DNA from: Marsupella aquatica
Taxonomy: Eukaryota; Plantae; Marchantiophyta
DNA length: 64,000 nucleotides
Assembly: GCA_973895155.1 (NCBI GenBank)
Contig: OZ316895.1
Span: 6,378,136-6,442,135 of the forward strand
Direction of reading: 5' to 3'
Part shown: positions 38,564-51,052 of the stretch, one piece after another
Layout of the letters: every line of letters begins with the position of its first letter
Position numbering within the stretch: the first letter of the stretch is position 1
Translations under genes and position numbers: made by a program
Notes under the pieces: generated by a model
What the model was told of the DNA's origin: nothing
Database searches by the model: none
Seen by the model: only the letters and a program-made list of their open reading frames with translations

Positions 38564-41500
38564 TGTTGAGGAATGATGCAGGAAATGATAATGAGATTCC
38601 TCTCTATAGAATGAATGGGTGCATCTCTTTATATAGTCTCCGTCCGAGTTATCCTATACGGTAACTATGGTTAAGGTAACCATGGAGTCTAGTTAGGGTA
38701 TAACACTCCCCCTTGGCTATATAGTGATAACTATGTAGACAAAAAGTCTTCTAACTAGATTATCATGCTTATAAACATGACATGATTTGAGTACAAATGA
38801 GGAAGGTACTGCCTCGTTAAAACCTTTAACAGCTCTAAAAAACTCTATCAAGGTAACAGAGAAAAAAAAAATCTTGGCTCTAAAGGAAAAAGAGTACAGC
38901 CCTGTCGGTCCTCAAGTGAATCCGGTGGTATGTGGAGTTAACAGCAACAACTCCACTCCGTCAAAATGAACAAGTTGTTGTATGCTCAACGACTCAACAA
39001 CAACGCAACATGTCTCCAAATCGCTCACCATCGCACATACATCCGCACATACATCCTCGCATCGAATACAAATTAAAATATATATGAAAAAATGGTTAGT
39101 AATTAAGTTATTATCATAAAATCACTTGTCCGTGGCTCATCTGCGCAAAGTGTAAAGTATAATAATAAATAATGTCATCTCGTGCAACTGAGAGCGTAAA
39201 GTATGGGATGTAAAAAGTCCGAAAAATATGATCTCCCCTTCAAAACAAGGTTTCGAGAAATATATTATTCTCATAAAACTCAAATATCAAAACTCTCCCT
39301 TAGAGTTCAAGGACTCCTAATTAGATTCTTAAATAGAGGGTTCTTGTGCAAAATGCACAATTCGCAAGCGTGTGTAGTCGACACACAAATAAATCTTTCA
39401 ATCTTAGATTTCAAAAACATGTAATATCAAATAGTTTTTATATGAAAAATAATCTGCAACACCAAAGGGTGTGCATTCACAACACCAGCGGGTGTGTGTA
39501 TAATATGGCACGTCTGCCCTGCACGTCTGCAGTTCTCATATTTTGACAAAAAGTGTCAAGTCAATATAATTTCACAAATAACCCTGTGGAATCCAAACAT
39601 TCAGTCGAACGCCCATGTGTGTCATAGCACAGAAAAATGCTAGCTCAAAATGATTCACTATCTTGCGGAGGTAAAGTGATATTCATAAACGTCAAACAAC
39701 TCCGCATAAAAATAGTTTAGAGCTAGTGATAGTCAAAAGATCCCACTTAATGACCAAGTACCAAAATGTACTCGTAGTGGGTAAATCAAGTGTGATTGGG
39801 GTTTGAGAAAATAAACTTTCTCCCCCTAAATATGCATTTTATGCATATATTATAGTTGAAAGCTAGAATTAAGTTGGACAGGACAAAGTTATGGGGTTTG
39901 CCCATATAACCCCTCATTACTCATTCTGATTTGAGTTTACTTCGGGTTTCTAAATATTCGCAGTTAGACCCCTAAAGGGTTATTGATTATCCGCTTTTGG
40001 ATATGGCCGGGAACTAAGGTCATGGAACTAACTTGAAGTACTGACCTTAGATTATTCTGGATTTTTTGTGAGAAACATATCTGCCATCGATCACTGGATC
40101 TCAGAAAATCTATACCTTACCAAAATACCTCAAAAACTAGGTCATAGAGCATGGTTAAAGGTATGGTATTAGTTCCATACTTAAAAGCTATCATCCCACT
40201 GAACAATGGCTATAAAAGCTCTCGTTTGAGTTGTTTATGGTGTAAAGACCATGAGGATAAGACCCTTAAGTAAGATATTGCCCTAATGTAGGGTGTAAAT
40301 GGGTGAAAACCCATGTCAATTGGTGTAAAAATTGTAAATGGTCAATTTACACACAAAAAGTGTATGGACCAAAGTTTACTCCCCCTGATGGTGTAAATTG
40401 GTGTAAACCAGTGTAAATGCTATAAGAAAGTGTAATCTGGTGTAACTTGTGTAAACAAGTATAAACCCAATGTAAAGCATGAGATTATACAATGGTAAGA
40501 CATACACCAGTGTAAACTGGTGTCATGAGGTATAATCTAGAATGGTATCATTAGGTGTAAACTAGGGGTGTAAAATGGTGTAAAAACCATTTTGTGATTG
40601 AAATGGGTGTAACAACCACTTTGTAAATGGAAAGTAGAGGTATTTGGTATAAAACCATTATTTCCAATGTGCAAAGTCAAGTAAGGGTGGTATGACATGT
40701 AAATATATCAAATGCATGTAAAGCATGTGTTGCACATGTAAGGCATGTTAGTGTATGCAAATTCAACAAGTGACATGTAATTTCCCTAAACCAGTTGATG
40801 CATATATGGATAATTTTTCAAAAATGAAGATTTTGCACTGAAACACATGGGATTATCTTGTCTTTGGATAAGTGCACACAAGCATTTGTATTTCAAAAAC
40901 TCTTTACTATACTGTGCATTTAATGAGGGTTGCACTTATTTGGTGTTCGAGTTTTTCTCGAGGATTTTGAGATCGAATGTTGCATGTTTAAGTCACTCAT
41001 GTGTGTCTCTTGAAATCTCAATTGTCGCTTTGGTTCATTCTTTGATTGCGATCAGCTTCTCAGGCTCATTCTTGGACAAACACAACATTCCATATTTAGG
41101 ATTCAGAAAGTGCTATCAGATCTAGACCCCACAACAATGACTCATTTCTTTTGCTGGATGCCATCTTCCGTATGTTCACAACCAAAGCCAAGATGTTCTT
41201 CCTCCACGACATTTGCTTCTATCTTCTCCAATTTGATACGACTGTATCAAATGGCTCTTATTGGAATCTTCATTGAATCAGCAAACGACCAATTCAACAT
41301 CCATGTTTGGCCTCTTGTAATGCCTGTACTTCACTCGATCGTGTGTAATGGACATTTCTTTTCATCCTTTATGGCTCGCAGATCGACCAACAAGAAACTG
41401 TCAACGGTTGAAAAACATTGTGAAATTCAGGGAAAAAGAAGGCGCCTGCGTTCGTCCCTTATGAGGTTAGGGTTTTGAAATTTTTTCTTATGATCCTAAT

Positions 41501-42097
41501 CGGGTCCTGATATGCTCTCGATCCAACCCGGCTTCAACTCATCGCCTCGAGTGATTTAGGTTGATCTGGCCTGGTTGGGTAGAAGGAAGCAGCGCCGATG
41601 AACTCGATCTCTCTTGCCACAGCCATAGCTTTCCACTTGACTCAAATCATTGCCTTGAATATTGCTTTCCCACACGATCTTCAGAATCACCCTTCAAAAC
41701 AAAATTTCTTTTGATCACATCACAACCTTCATAAGTTTGCTCTCGGCGCGACCACAATGCTACATCCTGTCGTTGCTTCAACGTGACTCATGTTCTCTTG
41801 GTGGTTCAAATTACTAGCCTTCTCATTTCCAATTCAATTCTCCTCCATAACTTGAAAATCTTTGAGAGAACATTCATTCATCATAATCATAAGGAAATTC
41901 CAAAAAAAAATAATTCATGATCAAGCTCAGTTGGTCTAGAGTCATGTTGATAATGTGTTGAAGAATGATGCGAGAAATGATAATAAAATTCTTCTCTATA
42001 GAATGAATAAGTGCATCTCTTTATATAGTTTCCGTCTGAGTTATCCTATACGATAACTATGGTTAAAGTAACCATGGAATCTAGTTAGGGTATAACA
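38564..42097 (-). mobile_element. Non-autonomous or decayed LTR retrotransposon, Bianca-type copia
   Basis: 142-bp LTRs at 38564-38705 and 41956-42097 (13 differences); TSD ATTTT; PPT CAAGGGGGAG by the left LTR; PBS matching the 5' half of tRNA-Ile (41924-41955). GCCTCGTTAAAACCT...GGAAAAAGAGTACAGC (about 38810-38900) resembles Bianca 3' UTRs as I recall them. No long ORF. Confidence 0.88.
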
Positions 42098-42913
42098 ATT
42101 TTATTTTTCTTTCTTTGTATCATCAGGAGGAAAGATTTGTCACTATTTAAAGAATCAAAAATCACTGGCAACTACGGGTCACGACATCCTGGCTTATACA
42201 AAATCTGACTAATTATTATAATTTTGTACCTGACTAACAAAATACGTTAGTTCTTATGAAACATCAAATTAATAGCATTCTAACACTCACTTTGCGTTGT
42301 TTGCATCAATTTTGACAGTAACTGAAACATGAGTGCATCTAGTTTCTTAACAAGTATTAAAGCATACATGTAATCTGTCCACGAACTAATTATAAAGTTC
42401 CCTGCACCTGGGGGCCATATTAGTGAGACATCCCTGCATAGCCAATTGACCTCTGTTTATTCTGTTTTCACAAAGTCATCACCTCCTCTTGTCTAATAAC
42501 TAGGTCTCACCCATTTACAGGTGCGACTGGGATAGATCTGAGATTCGGACCTCTAGAGTCTTTGGTCTTGTAAAGAGAAGAAATGCGGCCGCTCACATCC
42601 TTTCAACAGCCGATATATGATAGTTGAACAAATTTTGCTAAATTGCCGCACCCTTGTCTTGAGATGAACGGGGGATATAAAATCATACATTCAACCAATA
42701 AAGCACGTCTTGGAACTTGGTAAAAAAATTGCTTAATTTACTGTGATTCACTTCGGTGTGTGGAACTTCCTTTCCCTCACAGGGTACCATGAAGGAATGC
42801 GAAGACTGGTACTGTGCTGGTTCTTGCTGTCAGCAAATCATTGAGTGCGGTGCTCGTGAGATTCTCAACTACTCAAGGCTAGATCCTGACCCAGTGAAGT
42901 TGAGCACGATGAG

Positions 42914-42980
42914 AGCAATGGCTGCACTGATAATCCTGCAATGGCTGCACTGATAGTCCTGCAATGGCTGCACTGATAAC
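42914..42980. repeat. 23-bp tandem repeat x3
   Basis: GCAATGGCTGCACTGATA(A/G)TCCT units. Confidence 0.85.
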
Positions 42981-43452
42981 ACTCCTGGGTCTCTTTCCAC
43001 AAGAACATACAGCCAGCAGCCAACAGAGAAGATACACAGCACCTCAGCTCCTAAAAGCTCGAAAGCCACAAATGGGGTTTGCCTTGTGTAGCAAAGAACT
43101 TGAAGTCTTCTGCAAGTATATTTTTCCTATCCGAAGGAGAAGACATCTCCTGAAATACGGACAGTGAAAAGATATCTTCTGACTAATCATTTACACCAAC
43201 ACTTTGTATAGTACATCTTCATGCAGTGAGAGCCTTCTTATGTCTTGGACCTCTACAATATTATTGTACAATACCTCGGCGCTATTTTCATCTCGGGTGG
43301 GAAGCGACACTCGCTTATAACTGTGCACTCGTCTCTGTTGTTGGTCGAATCAGATGGTCTTGAAAATTGTTCTAGACGAAGGACAAATGCGGGTCCCCAG
43401 TTACTGAATTACACACGGTTCGCCAACGCTTTTTCACGATGGTACTACTGCA

Positions 43453-46013
43453 TCATAATCTCCCATCAACCAGTCTAGAAACCTCCTCAAAAATAGTCCT
43501 GATAAGCAATCACAGCAAGAAATTAGTCGCAGTGCACTCTTGATAAACGATGAAAACATCTATAAATTCGACGATAAAGAATACGACCTCCATCAACCAA
43601 GGAATAACGACACAGAAGAACTAAAGACCATCCCAAGATGTACTCCGCCTCATTTATCCGATTTCATCACATTTTTCACGCGCACAACAGAAGCTGCAAT
43701 ATTTTCGCAAAACTTGGAATCACGACCAGGGATCACCATTCACAAGTTCCCTCACTCGCTCCCCACCGCTGCTTCCCCACCCGCTTTCTTTCATTTTTCT
43801 AGAACAATTATTTGAAAATGCGTTGGGGACCTGGGCTGGGCATTCTCCCGAGCAAACTTGAAGCAAAAGTTTGATGGGAAGGCAGCTAGCATATACCATG
43901 AGAAAGCTTGCTGTAAACCTCGCCTCCCTACCCGCGGTAAGACTCCCACATAAAGTCCCCTGACGCCTTCAACCTATAGAGAACATCATTCGGTAAATAC
44001 AGGGAAAGAGGTACGTGACGAAAACCTTGCTCGTCTATGCGATCCAATTATGAGAATAGACAAATTCTATCGTCAACCTCAAAATCCCGGACTATGATTT
44101 TCATGCTTGCAGTACAAACCTGCACAATCTGGCGCATAGCTGATAGAATATTCAAGCTGGGTTTTCGTTCTAGCTGCAGCCTGGTGCGTACCTGAAACCA
44201 TATTCACATAATATTTTCGCATTTCACATCAGCTGGAAGATATATTACAGCCAGATAACTTATCTGCTCCCCCTCACAAAAGGTAAAGTAAATGCACAGA
44301 CATTGGATCATCTCATGATAAGTAGACAACTTACCACATCAGGAGGATGTGTCAATAGCGTTGCCGTAGATCCGGCAAAAGCGCCTGCATTGCACAGGAA
44401 GGTATCACAGCTATAAGATAGAGAGTCCTGGCGGGATTTCTGAAATATATACAGGTTGGAGTGTGCCAAGTGCATGAACACGATACTAACTCTCATCACA
44501 ATACATAGTCAAACTGTTCTTGTTTTAGCAGCCAAGCTCTCCGGGTCCGGAAACATACCTGAAAAGAAGTTGATGTACAATTGGGGAATACTACTAGGGC
44601 TGAAGCTTTCTGCAGCAGACCAGATAATGGTGTTTTAACGTCAGTATGCTCAGTATGCTATTTCGGCTTCTATTGACCGGGAAATTTACAAGGTTTACGA
44701 AATGCCAAGGAATACATGGGGCAATTGGCCTGGGTCTTCGGTGGCACTGCCATGAGCTCGCATTATCCAACATGGAAAAAGAGAAGTCTCAGTGGAAATA
44801 CTCTGCAATTTCAAATAGAAAAGCTGTTCAATAATAATCGATACCTCTGAGAAAATATCGAACACGAGTGTACAGCAGCAAATACAGGCCTGAGTAAGGT
44901 GCGTCCCTAATCAAAGTTGGTACCATACCACTGTAAAGACCTGCAAAGTACAAGAATCATCGTCACATCAGCTTCATGCGTTAACGAACATCTTGTCTGT
45001 CACGGTAAAATCCTCCTGTCAACGTGGGATTTTGCAACCAAAATACACATCATCCAAAATCTACACTGCACGAAATTCAGCGATTACAGTGCCACAGGCA
45101 TTCATTCTTTAGAGACTGGACGTTCACAAACCTGCAAGACCCTCGGTTCGAGTGACCGAAAGAAGGGCGCTGGCAGTCCCACTGTAATTCAAGCCCGAAG
45201 CTGCTGCATACTGCACCGTCAGCACTGCTCCCAGAGTCATGGATGCAAGCCAGTAATGTGACGCAAGCGCTCCAGGGAGCTCACATTCCTCATCTAACAT
45301 CACGCAAGCTGCCAGATATGCGGATTGAAGTACTTATGAAAATTTTAATGACTGCATCAGGAGCTATATATCTGAGCCGCAACAGCTGCCCCCCATGATG
45401 GCAAATGGAATTCCAGAGAAAGTCCAAACTTACAGTCATATAGTTCTGGATATAAATGATCAGATCACACATAATAGGATGAATATCTTTAATACCGTAC
45501 CTCCATTCGGGTCTTTACGACCGTGATAGGGCAAGTTATTATGGAAGCCAGCAATCTGGTCAAAGCCCCTGCAGAGGCAGCGATGGACGCAGACGGCAAA
45601 TTCTTCTGCATCGGATTGGGAGACGAAGAGAAAGCACCGGAGGAGGTGAGGCCGCTGGAGGTCTTTTGCAAAGTGGTCATAATTGGGCCCAACATGGCGA
45701 AATAGAGACCCGCCCCGAACCCCACGCGCACACAGGCAGGACCAGTTCCCCTCCAAAACCCTCGCAGCCCATCTCTCTCAGCTACAGTTTTCACTGCGCC
45801 CCTGATGCTACGCCCGTGCGGCCCGTCACGCGCCTGCATGTGCGTCTTGATCACCTCCAGCGGTTGCAATCCGGCTGTGCTCACGATCCCTGCCGCTGAG
45901 CCCGCCACGAACGACCCCATGCTCTTGGCTAGTTTAAACCCTCCACCATCCCCTCCCACCTTCAATTTCGTGCCCACAGCTGGCGCAGAAGCAGAGCTCT
46001 CCATGGCTTTCAA
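43453..46013 (-). CDS. Mitochondrial carrier, SLC25A38/Hem25-like, 8 exons
   Basis: Exons 46013-45501, 45210-45132, 44940-44845, 44609-44559, about 44394-44335, 44191-44120, 43973-43897 and 43498-43453, all GT-AG and in frame. Three carrier signatures (QPLEVIKTHMQ, CPITVVKTRME, HPPDVVRTRLQ) and the subfamily motifs RDAPYSGLY and PRVGRRGLQQAFSWTIFE. Confidence 0.88.
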
Positions 46014-46568
46014 TCGAGAGCTTTCGCAGGATGTTGCAAAAGTCTTTCAACGAAAACAGCGAACCCCTTAGGGTTCCCTAGAACCTAGCGACGACCTTCG
46101 GGCCTGTGTAACAACGAGTTTGCATGCCCATACTCGTGCAAGTTAAAACCAAGATTGAACGCTATTAAAAAGTAACTCTTGGGCATCTATATTTGCGAAA
46201 AATCTCATTCGAAGCCAATGGCGTAGAAGTCCATCTTATTTATAAAACTCAAAAGACTCCACCCTTCAGCTAGAAACAACTCTGGTCCTGACAAATGCCA
46301 GTCTGCTTACTAAGACAGGTAAACTACGTTCCTTACTTCCTGCGCCAGCAGAATGACCGTAAGGGTCGATCTGCTAGCCAACAAGTGCGAAAAAGTATCC
46401 TAATATCGACCACAAATGACTATATACATCACCCACGAAAACCACAGAAGATTCTCTAGGTGAGAGGCAGTGACATGACTACAATCCCATCACAAAGGGA
46501 TAAGAATCTAAATTTGATAGAAACACTCGAAACAACGAACAGTATCTGCAGTCTCCGAGTTCATAAGT

Positions 46569-48461
46569 TCAAGGAACTGTGTTGTCCTCGTGAGACATTT
46601 CAGCCTGATTGTCCAAAGGCATGTACTGAGCCATGATCGCACGGATCTCTGAGTCCATGTATGACTGTATTCTATACTTGTACACGACATAGCCTCCCAA
46701 AGCAGTAGCCACCACCCCCGCCACAACTACTAATGAGATCCACCAGCCCACTTTCGATGCGGAGCTCAACTTACTGATACATGTATCATGTTCCTTGATA
46801 TACAAAAGATCGCCTTGACACTGGCAATCATACCCACCCCACTGGTTTTTACAGGTGCACTCTCGACACTGACACGCCAACTTTTCTGAGCACTCGTTGA
46901 TGTCAACGCATCCATTCACGCCGTCTCCTCTGAATCCCTCGGGACACTTACATCCTGTCAACAACGAATCCCTGCAAGCAGAAAAGGTGACGTCCCCCTG
47001 GGAACCCTGCCAGCAACCTCCATTGCCAATCTTGCATCGCCCTGGTCCTGTAGGTTCACAAGACTTGTAGCCGTCTCCTTGAAACTGCACACCCTGGACT
47101 ACAGGGCATTTGCACACTCGGCCACGGAAAGTATCCTCGCAAGCCGTCACATTGGCCTTGAGATTCTGCCAGCAGCCTCCGTTGCGATGGAGGCATTCGT
47201 CGGTTTGCACCTCTTCACTCAAGCACGGAGGAGGATCTGTGGTTTCCTTAAACCCAGAACAGATAGCCTTTAGCACCGCACCCTTGTCCAGCTTTCCTCG
47301 GTACTGCCTTTGGTTTATCATGAGAGTCGGCAATATGGTCACGTCACCTCTTTCACCACGCCCAACTTGAGCGTCTTGCTCTGCTTTCAGTACAAGGTTC
47401 TCGACATCAGCTGTAGGATCGCCCATGCATTTCTTCACCTCAGCGACCGGTATCCCCAAAGACGTGATAACCTCATCCGCGCAAGCTTCAGTGTACTTGT
47501 TCTCTTTCATCGGGCATCGAATTTGGAAATCTGTCACATAATCCCACCAACTCCAAGGCCTCTCAATATCTTTCGAGACCTTGTAAACACACAGCTGCCT
47601 CAAGTTCTCCACAACGACATCCTTCCCGTCATAGCCCCGTCCGAAGTCCTGCTCTGGATCTGGTGCACAATACCTTCCGTGATTGATGCACTGAGAAAGG
47701 CACTGTTTGCTGAGAAGGAAGGGCTTTGGACAGTACCATGTGATGTAATGAGGAGTGAACTGAGTGTATTTCCCCCGCTCAAGAATTTGGGCAGCTCCTC
47801 TGAAATTCTTGACGAAATCCATCTGGGCATCACACTTCGGTCCACATTCGTCGTTGCTATTCGTCCAGAATTCGTACTCGACACGCTCATCGGGGTGAGG
47901 CAGGGATTCCCTCCAATCTAAACTGATAATGAGATTTCCCTCACCAGTTTTCAAGTAATTCTTCAACTTGATGCCCAGGTCTTTTTTAATCAGAGCCGAG
48001 GGAATTGTAATGTTATCGACGTAATCCAGACTATCCTTGCCATCTTCCGGGGAATCCATGGTGATCAGGTCCTCATCTCTGTCATCAGCAACTAGTACGG
48101 CAGCGGCTCCAGCTTTCTGTGCATTGAACACCTTCAGGGCGAAGAAACAATTGCCTCGATCGACAAGAACGAAGACTGGGCGGCCCCCACCCACCGACTG
48201 CTGACGCCAATCGTGTGTGGTACCAAATGGGATACACGCCCTTGCGCCATCCGTTGGATAAACTACAGATCCCACCATTGTTCCTCCATACTGCGGAATA
48301 CCAAAATTGCCGATGGCGCTATCGTATGTGCCTTTCAAGTCATCCGGTGAAGTTATTTTTATGCTGTTCTCCTCTACAACAAACCGACCCCATGCCAGAC
48401 CTACCAGCATGTGAAGGATTGCAGTGGCGACGAAAACAGCGCTCGACCGACGCATTGCCAT
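46569..48461 (-). CDS. VSR: Vacuolar sorting receptor (VSR/BP-80), intronless CDS
   Basis: 630 aa: signal peptide, RFVVEENS start, PA domain ([19 protein letters not shown]), central domain ([25 protein letters not shown]), three EGF repeats, TM helix and cytosolic [16 protein letters not shown] motif. Confidence 0.98.
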   Translation of the reverse strand: MAMRRSSAVFVATAILHMLVGLAWGRFVVEENSIKITSPDDLKGTYDSAIGNFGIPQYGGTMVGSVVYPTDGARACIPFGTTHDWRQQSVGGGRPVFVLVDRGNCFFALKVFNAQKAGAAAVLVADDRDEDLITMDSPEDGKDSLDYVDNITIPSALIKKDLGIKLKNYLKTGEGNLIISLDWRESLPHPDERVEYEFWTNSNDECGPKCDAQMDFVKNFRGAAQILERGKYTQFTPHYITWYCPKPFLLSKQCLSQCINHGRYCAPDPEQDFGRGYDGKDVVVENLRQLCVYKVSKDIERPWSWWDYVTDFQIRCPMKENKYTEACADEVITSLGIPVAEVKKCMGDPTADVENLVLKAEQDAQVGRGERGDVTILPTLMINQRQYRGKLDKGAVLKAICSGFKETTDPPPCLSEEVQTDECLHRNGGCWQNLKANVTACEDTFRGRVCKCPVVQGVQFQGDGYKSCEPTGPGRCKIGNGGCWQGSQGDVTFSACRDSLLTGCKCPEGFRGDGVNGCVDINECSEKLACQCRECTCKNQWGGYDCQCQGDLLYIKEHDTCISKLSSASKVGWWISLVVVAGVVATALGGYVVYKYRIQSYMDSEIRAIMAQYMPLDNQAEMSHEDNTVP

Positions 48462-49754
48462 ACTGGCAGCAGTCTTAACAAAAAACCCTGATCAATGGAT
48501 CGAACAATGACTCCTCCGAGCACCCAACGAAAATGATCAACTATGCTCCGACCTCTGTGGCAAGAGATCCTGCTTCAGCGGCCTCTAACCCACGGTCTGC
48601 CGCACAACTATAACCTCCGGAATCCCACTCAACGTCTCTTCCAACCAGCCAGCCTATCTCGAGGCTGGCCTGACTTGTGTCTATCTCAACGACCAGACAG
48701 AATCTGTTCAAGCGCCTACACTAACCAACTCCTAATAAGTGGTTCAGAGAAAAGAAAAGTTGAAAGGTCCCCACTGTTACCTTACTCGCTCGGCTCTGCC
48801 ACCGACCGACCGACACACCACCCTCGTCAAAGGACTGTCGTTGGAATAGAAACGACCACAACGACACACCAAGCTTCCCCGCCGACGAGGCGATCCGCCC
48901 CCCCTCACCAACAATCCTCCTCCACCGCCTCCTAGCGTGTATTCCTTTCAGGCATAGTAAACAACACTCTCTCGCATTCCCTCCCTCCCTTCTAAAGTAC
49001 CTCTTCCGTCGTCGCCGCAAAGGCCAGAGATCGGAGGTGAAAGACTGTGAGACCTCACTCAAACTCCCCGATCTTGATCAACAACCACGAGCTCGATCGA
49101 TCTGCCAAGAACGACTGCGGAAGAACCCTCCCTCTCGCTGCGTTTCTGGTCCAAATCCCTGGCCGAGAAATTCACTCGACACGAATCACCAGTAGTGACA
49201 CCACATCTCCACCATCACCGCCATGTGCGCAAGCTTCCACCACGACGACACTTCTCATTGAATCTCGTCATTCTATCGGAGGAGAGCGGTCGTATCCATC
49301 CCCATGCTTTGCGTCAACAGGAGACCTTTCCAGCGCCCGCCTCTCTCCCTCGGACGGATTCGTGGCGACTTCTGTGGATAAAGGGGGGCAGCCAAACATG
49401 GGACTACAAAGATTCAGGTCATACAGGAAAGCTCAAATTTAAATCCTTGCGTCCCCCACTCACTTTATAGCCCCCGGGTCCCACTTTTACGTGCTCCGAT
49501 CAGTGTTATCTTTAATCATCCTTAAGGTTTTTTTATTAGCCCCAGTGGCCAATGCCAGTGTGACAAGGAGAAGATGTTAGGAATGTTCTTTGTTTAAAAT
49601 TCCTAAATTATTTACTGACCATTGTTTTTTGACTGTTAGATCTCCCCTAGATTTGAGGAGGGCAGCTAGATTCTGGCTATGGGGGCTGTGACCCCATAGA
49701 TCTCTATCAACCTCCTTTCACAAAGACTAACAAGATTAAACAGAAATAAATTTT

Positions 49755-51052
49755 CACTCTTTATAGTATTTAGTCTCACACTCTAATTAATGTGAGGTTA
49801 TATTTGAGATAAGTGACCATAATTAGGGCGTGTGACACTAATATAGTATGACACTAATTGTGGTCACAAGTCGAATAGTGTCACACATACTTAAAGTTAA
49901 AAACAAAGAATGGACAATAGTTAAAATTTGCTTATAAAAAAAGCTCAAAATGTGCACAATATTTGATTACAATTTACAAAACTTATTATTCATTCAAGCA
50001 TTGAGAAAACTTCAGAAACTTATAACTCCTTTCATATACTACTCAAAATATTGAGCAAACTTCAGAAATTTATAACTCCTCCTCACATTTGCAGTTTGGG
50101 GTATTCTTGAAACACATTGCTCAGCAAACAAGATCTCTTTGATTCACTTTAATCAACTATGAATAGCAGATGTTGTCTCACATAAGCTACAAACTAACAT
50201 TTTTTTCACTCTCTTACAATCTGTCCCATGTGTCTCATCCTTGCAAGACATTGTACAGCCCCAAGAGAAGAGGGTTGAGCTGGCTCTTCACCTGGTTCAC
50301 CAATATCAGGAGCCAGTTCAACAGTAGCATCAATGTCAAGGCCAACTCAACTCCTTTAAAACTTCACTTGATTTTTCGTTATGATATTCTGAAGCTCAGG
50401 TGTAAGTTGATTTTCAGACTATAAACCATTGACATTTAGAGACAAATTGGTGTAAGTTTATCATTGAATTTTGTGCATAAGACATGTCATGTCTGTCAAC
50501 AGAACTGTTCACCTCAGCTACAAAGTCCCTTGCCAATGTCAAAAATCAATGTTTGCCTTCATGTTTGCCTGGATTTATCCCAATCCCCACATTTTTTAAG
50601 TCTTCATTTATCATTTTTTGAAATGCAGCGAGGATAACCCAAATGAGATGCAAAGTAATTACCAGTGACATTTTGATATAGTCTTGATTCTCTTTCCCTT
50701 GTGCTAGCAAATCCAACTATGACAGCCAATCCAATCCCACCATGTTATAAATCTATCAACCTCCTTTCACAAAGACTAACAAGATTAAACAGAAAGAAAC
50801 TTTCTAAGAACATACACACAAAGAGATGTTGTTGGTAGTTTGGATAAGTTTGGAGTGAGAGCAGTTTAGGGTAATAACAGTGTCACCTCTAATTATCAAT
50901 ATTTTTCAATATATTAATTTATTTTTCAAAATCAAGGGTGGCGGTATATAGTGCCACTTGGCTGAAAATCAAGAGCTACCTCTAATTAGTGTGTGTGACA
51001 CTATTTGTTAGTGACACTAATTGTTTCGTGACACTAAATACTGTAAAGAGTG
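49755..51052 (-). mobile_element. Deleted DNA transposon with 25-bp TIRs and a transposase C-terminal relic (pogo/Tc1-mariner-like, tentative)
   Basis: CACTCTTTATAGTATTTAGTCTCAC vs GTGACACTAAATACTGTAAAGAGTG (23 of 25); subterminal GTGACACTA repeats. Minus-strand relic GKH*FLTLARDFVAEVNSSVDRHDMSYAQNSMI / LSLNVNGL*SENQLTPELQNII at about 50370-50560. Confidence 0.7.

Noticed and set aside
43453-48461. Functional gene cluster of VSR and the carrier (about 550 bp apart)
   Set aside because: No shared pathway; close spacing alone is not evidence of a system.
47079-48478. Overlapping ORFs such as 47310-47921 (+, 203 aa)
   Set aside because: Antisense or alternative-frame shadows of the VSR CDS, with no recognisable motifs.
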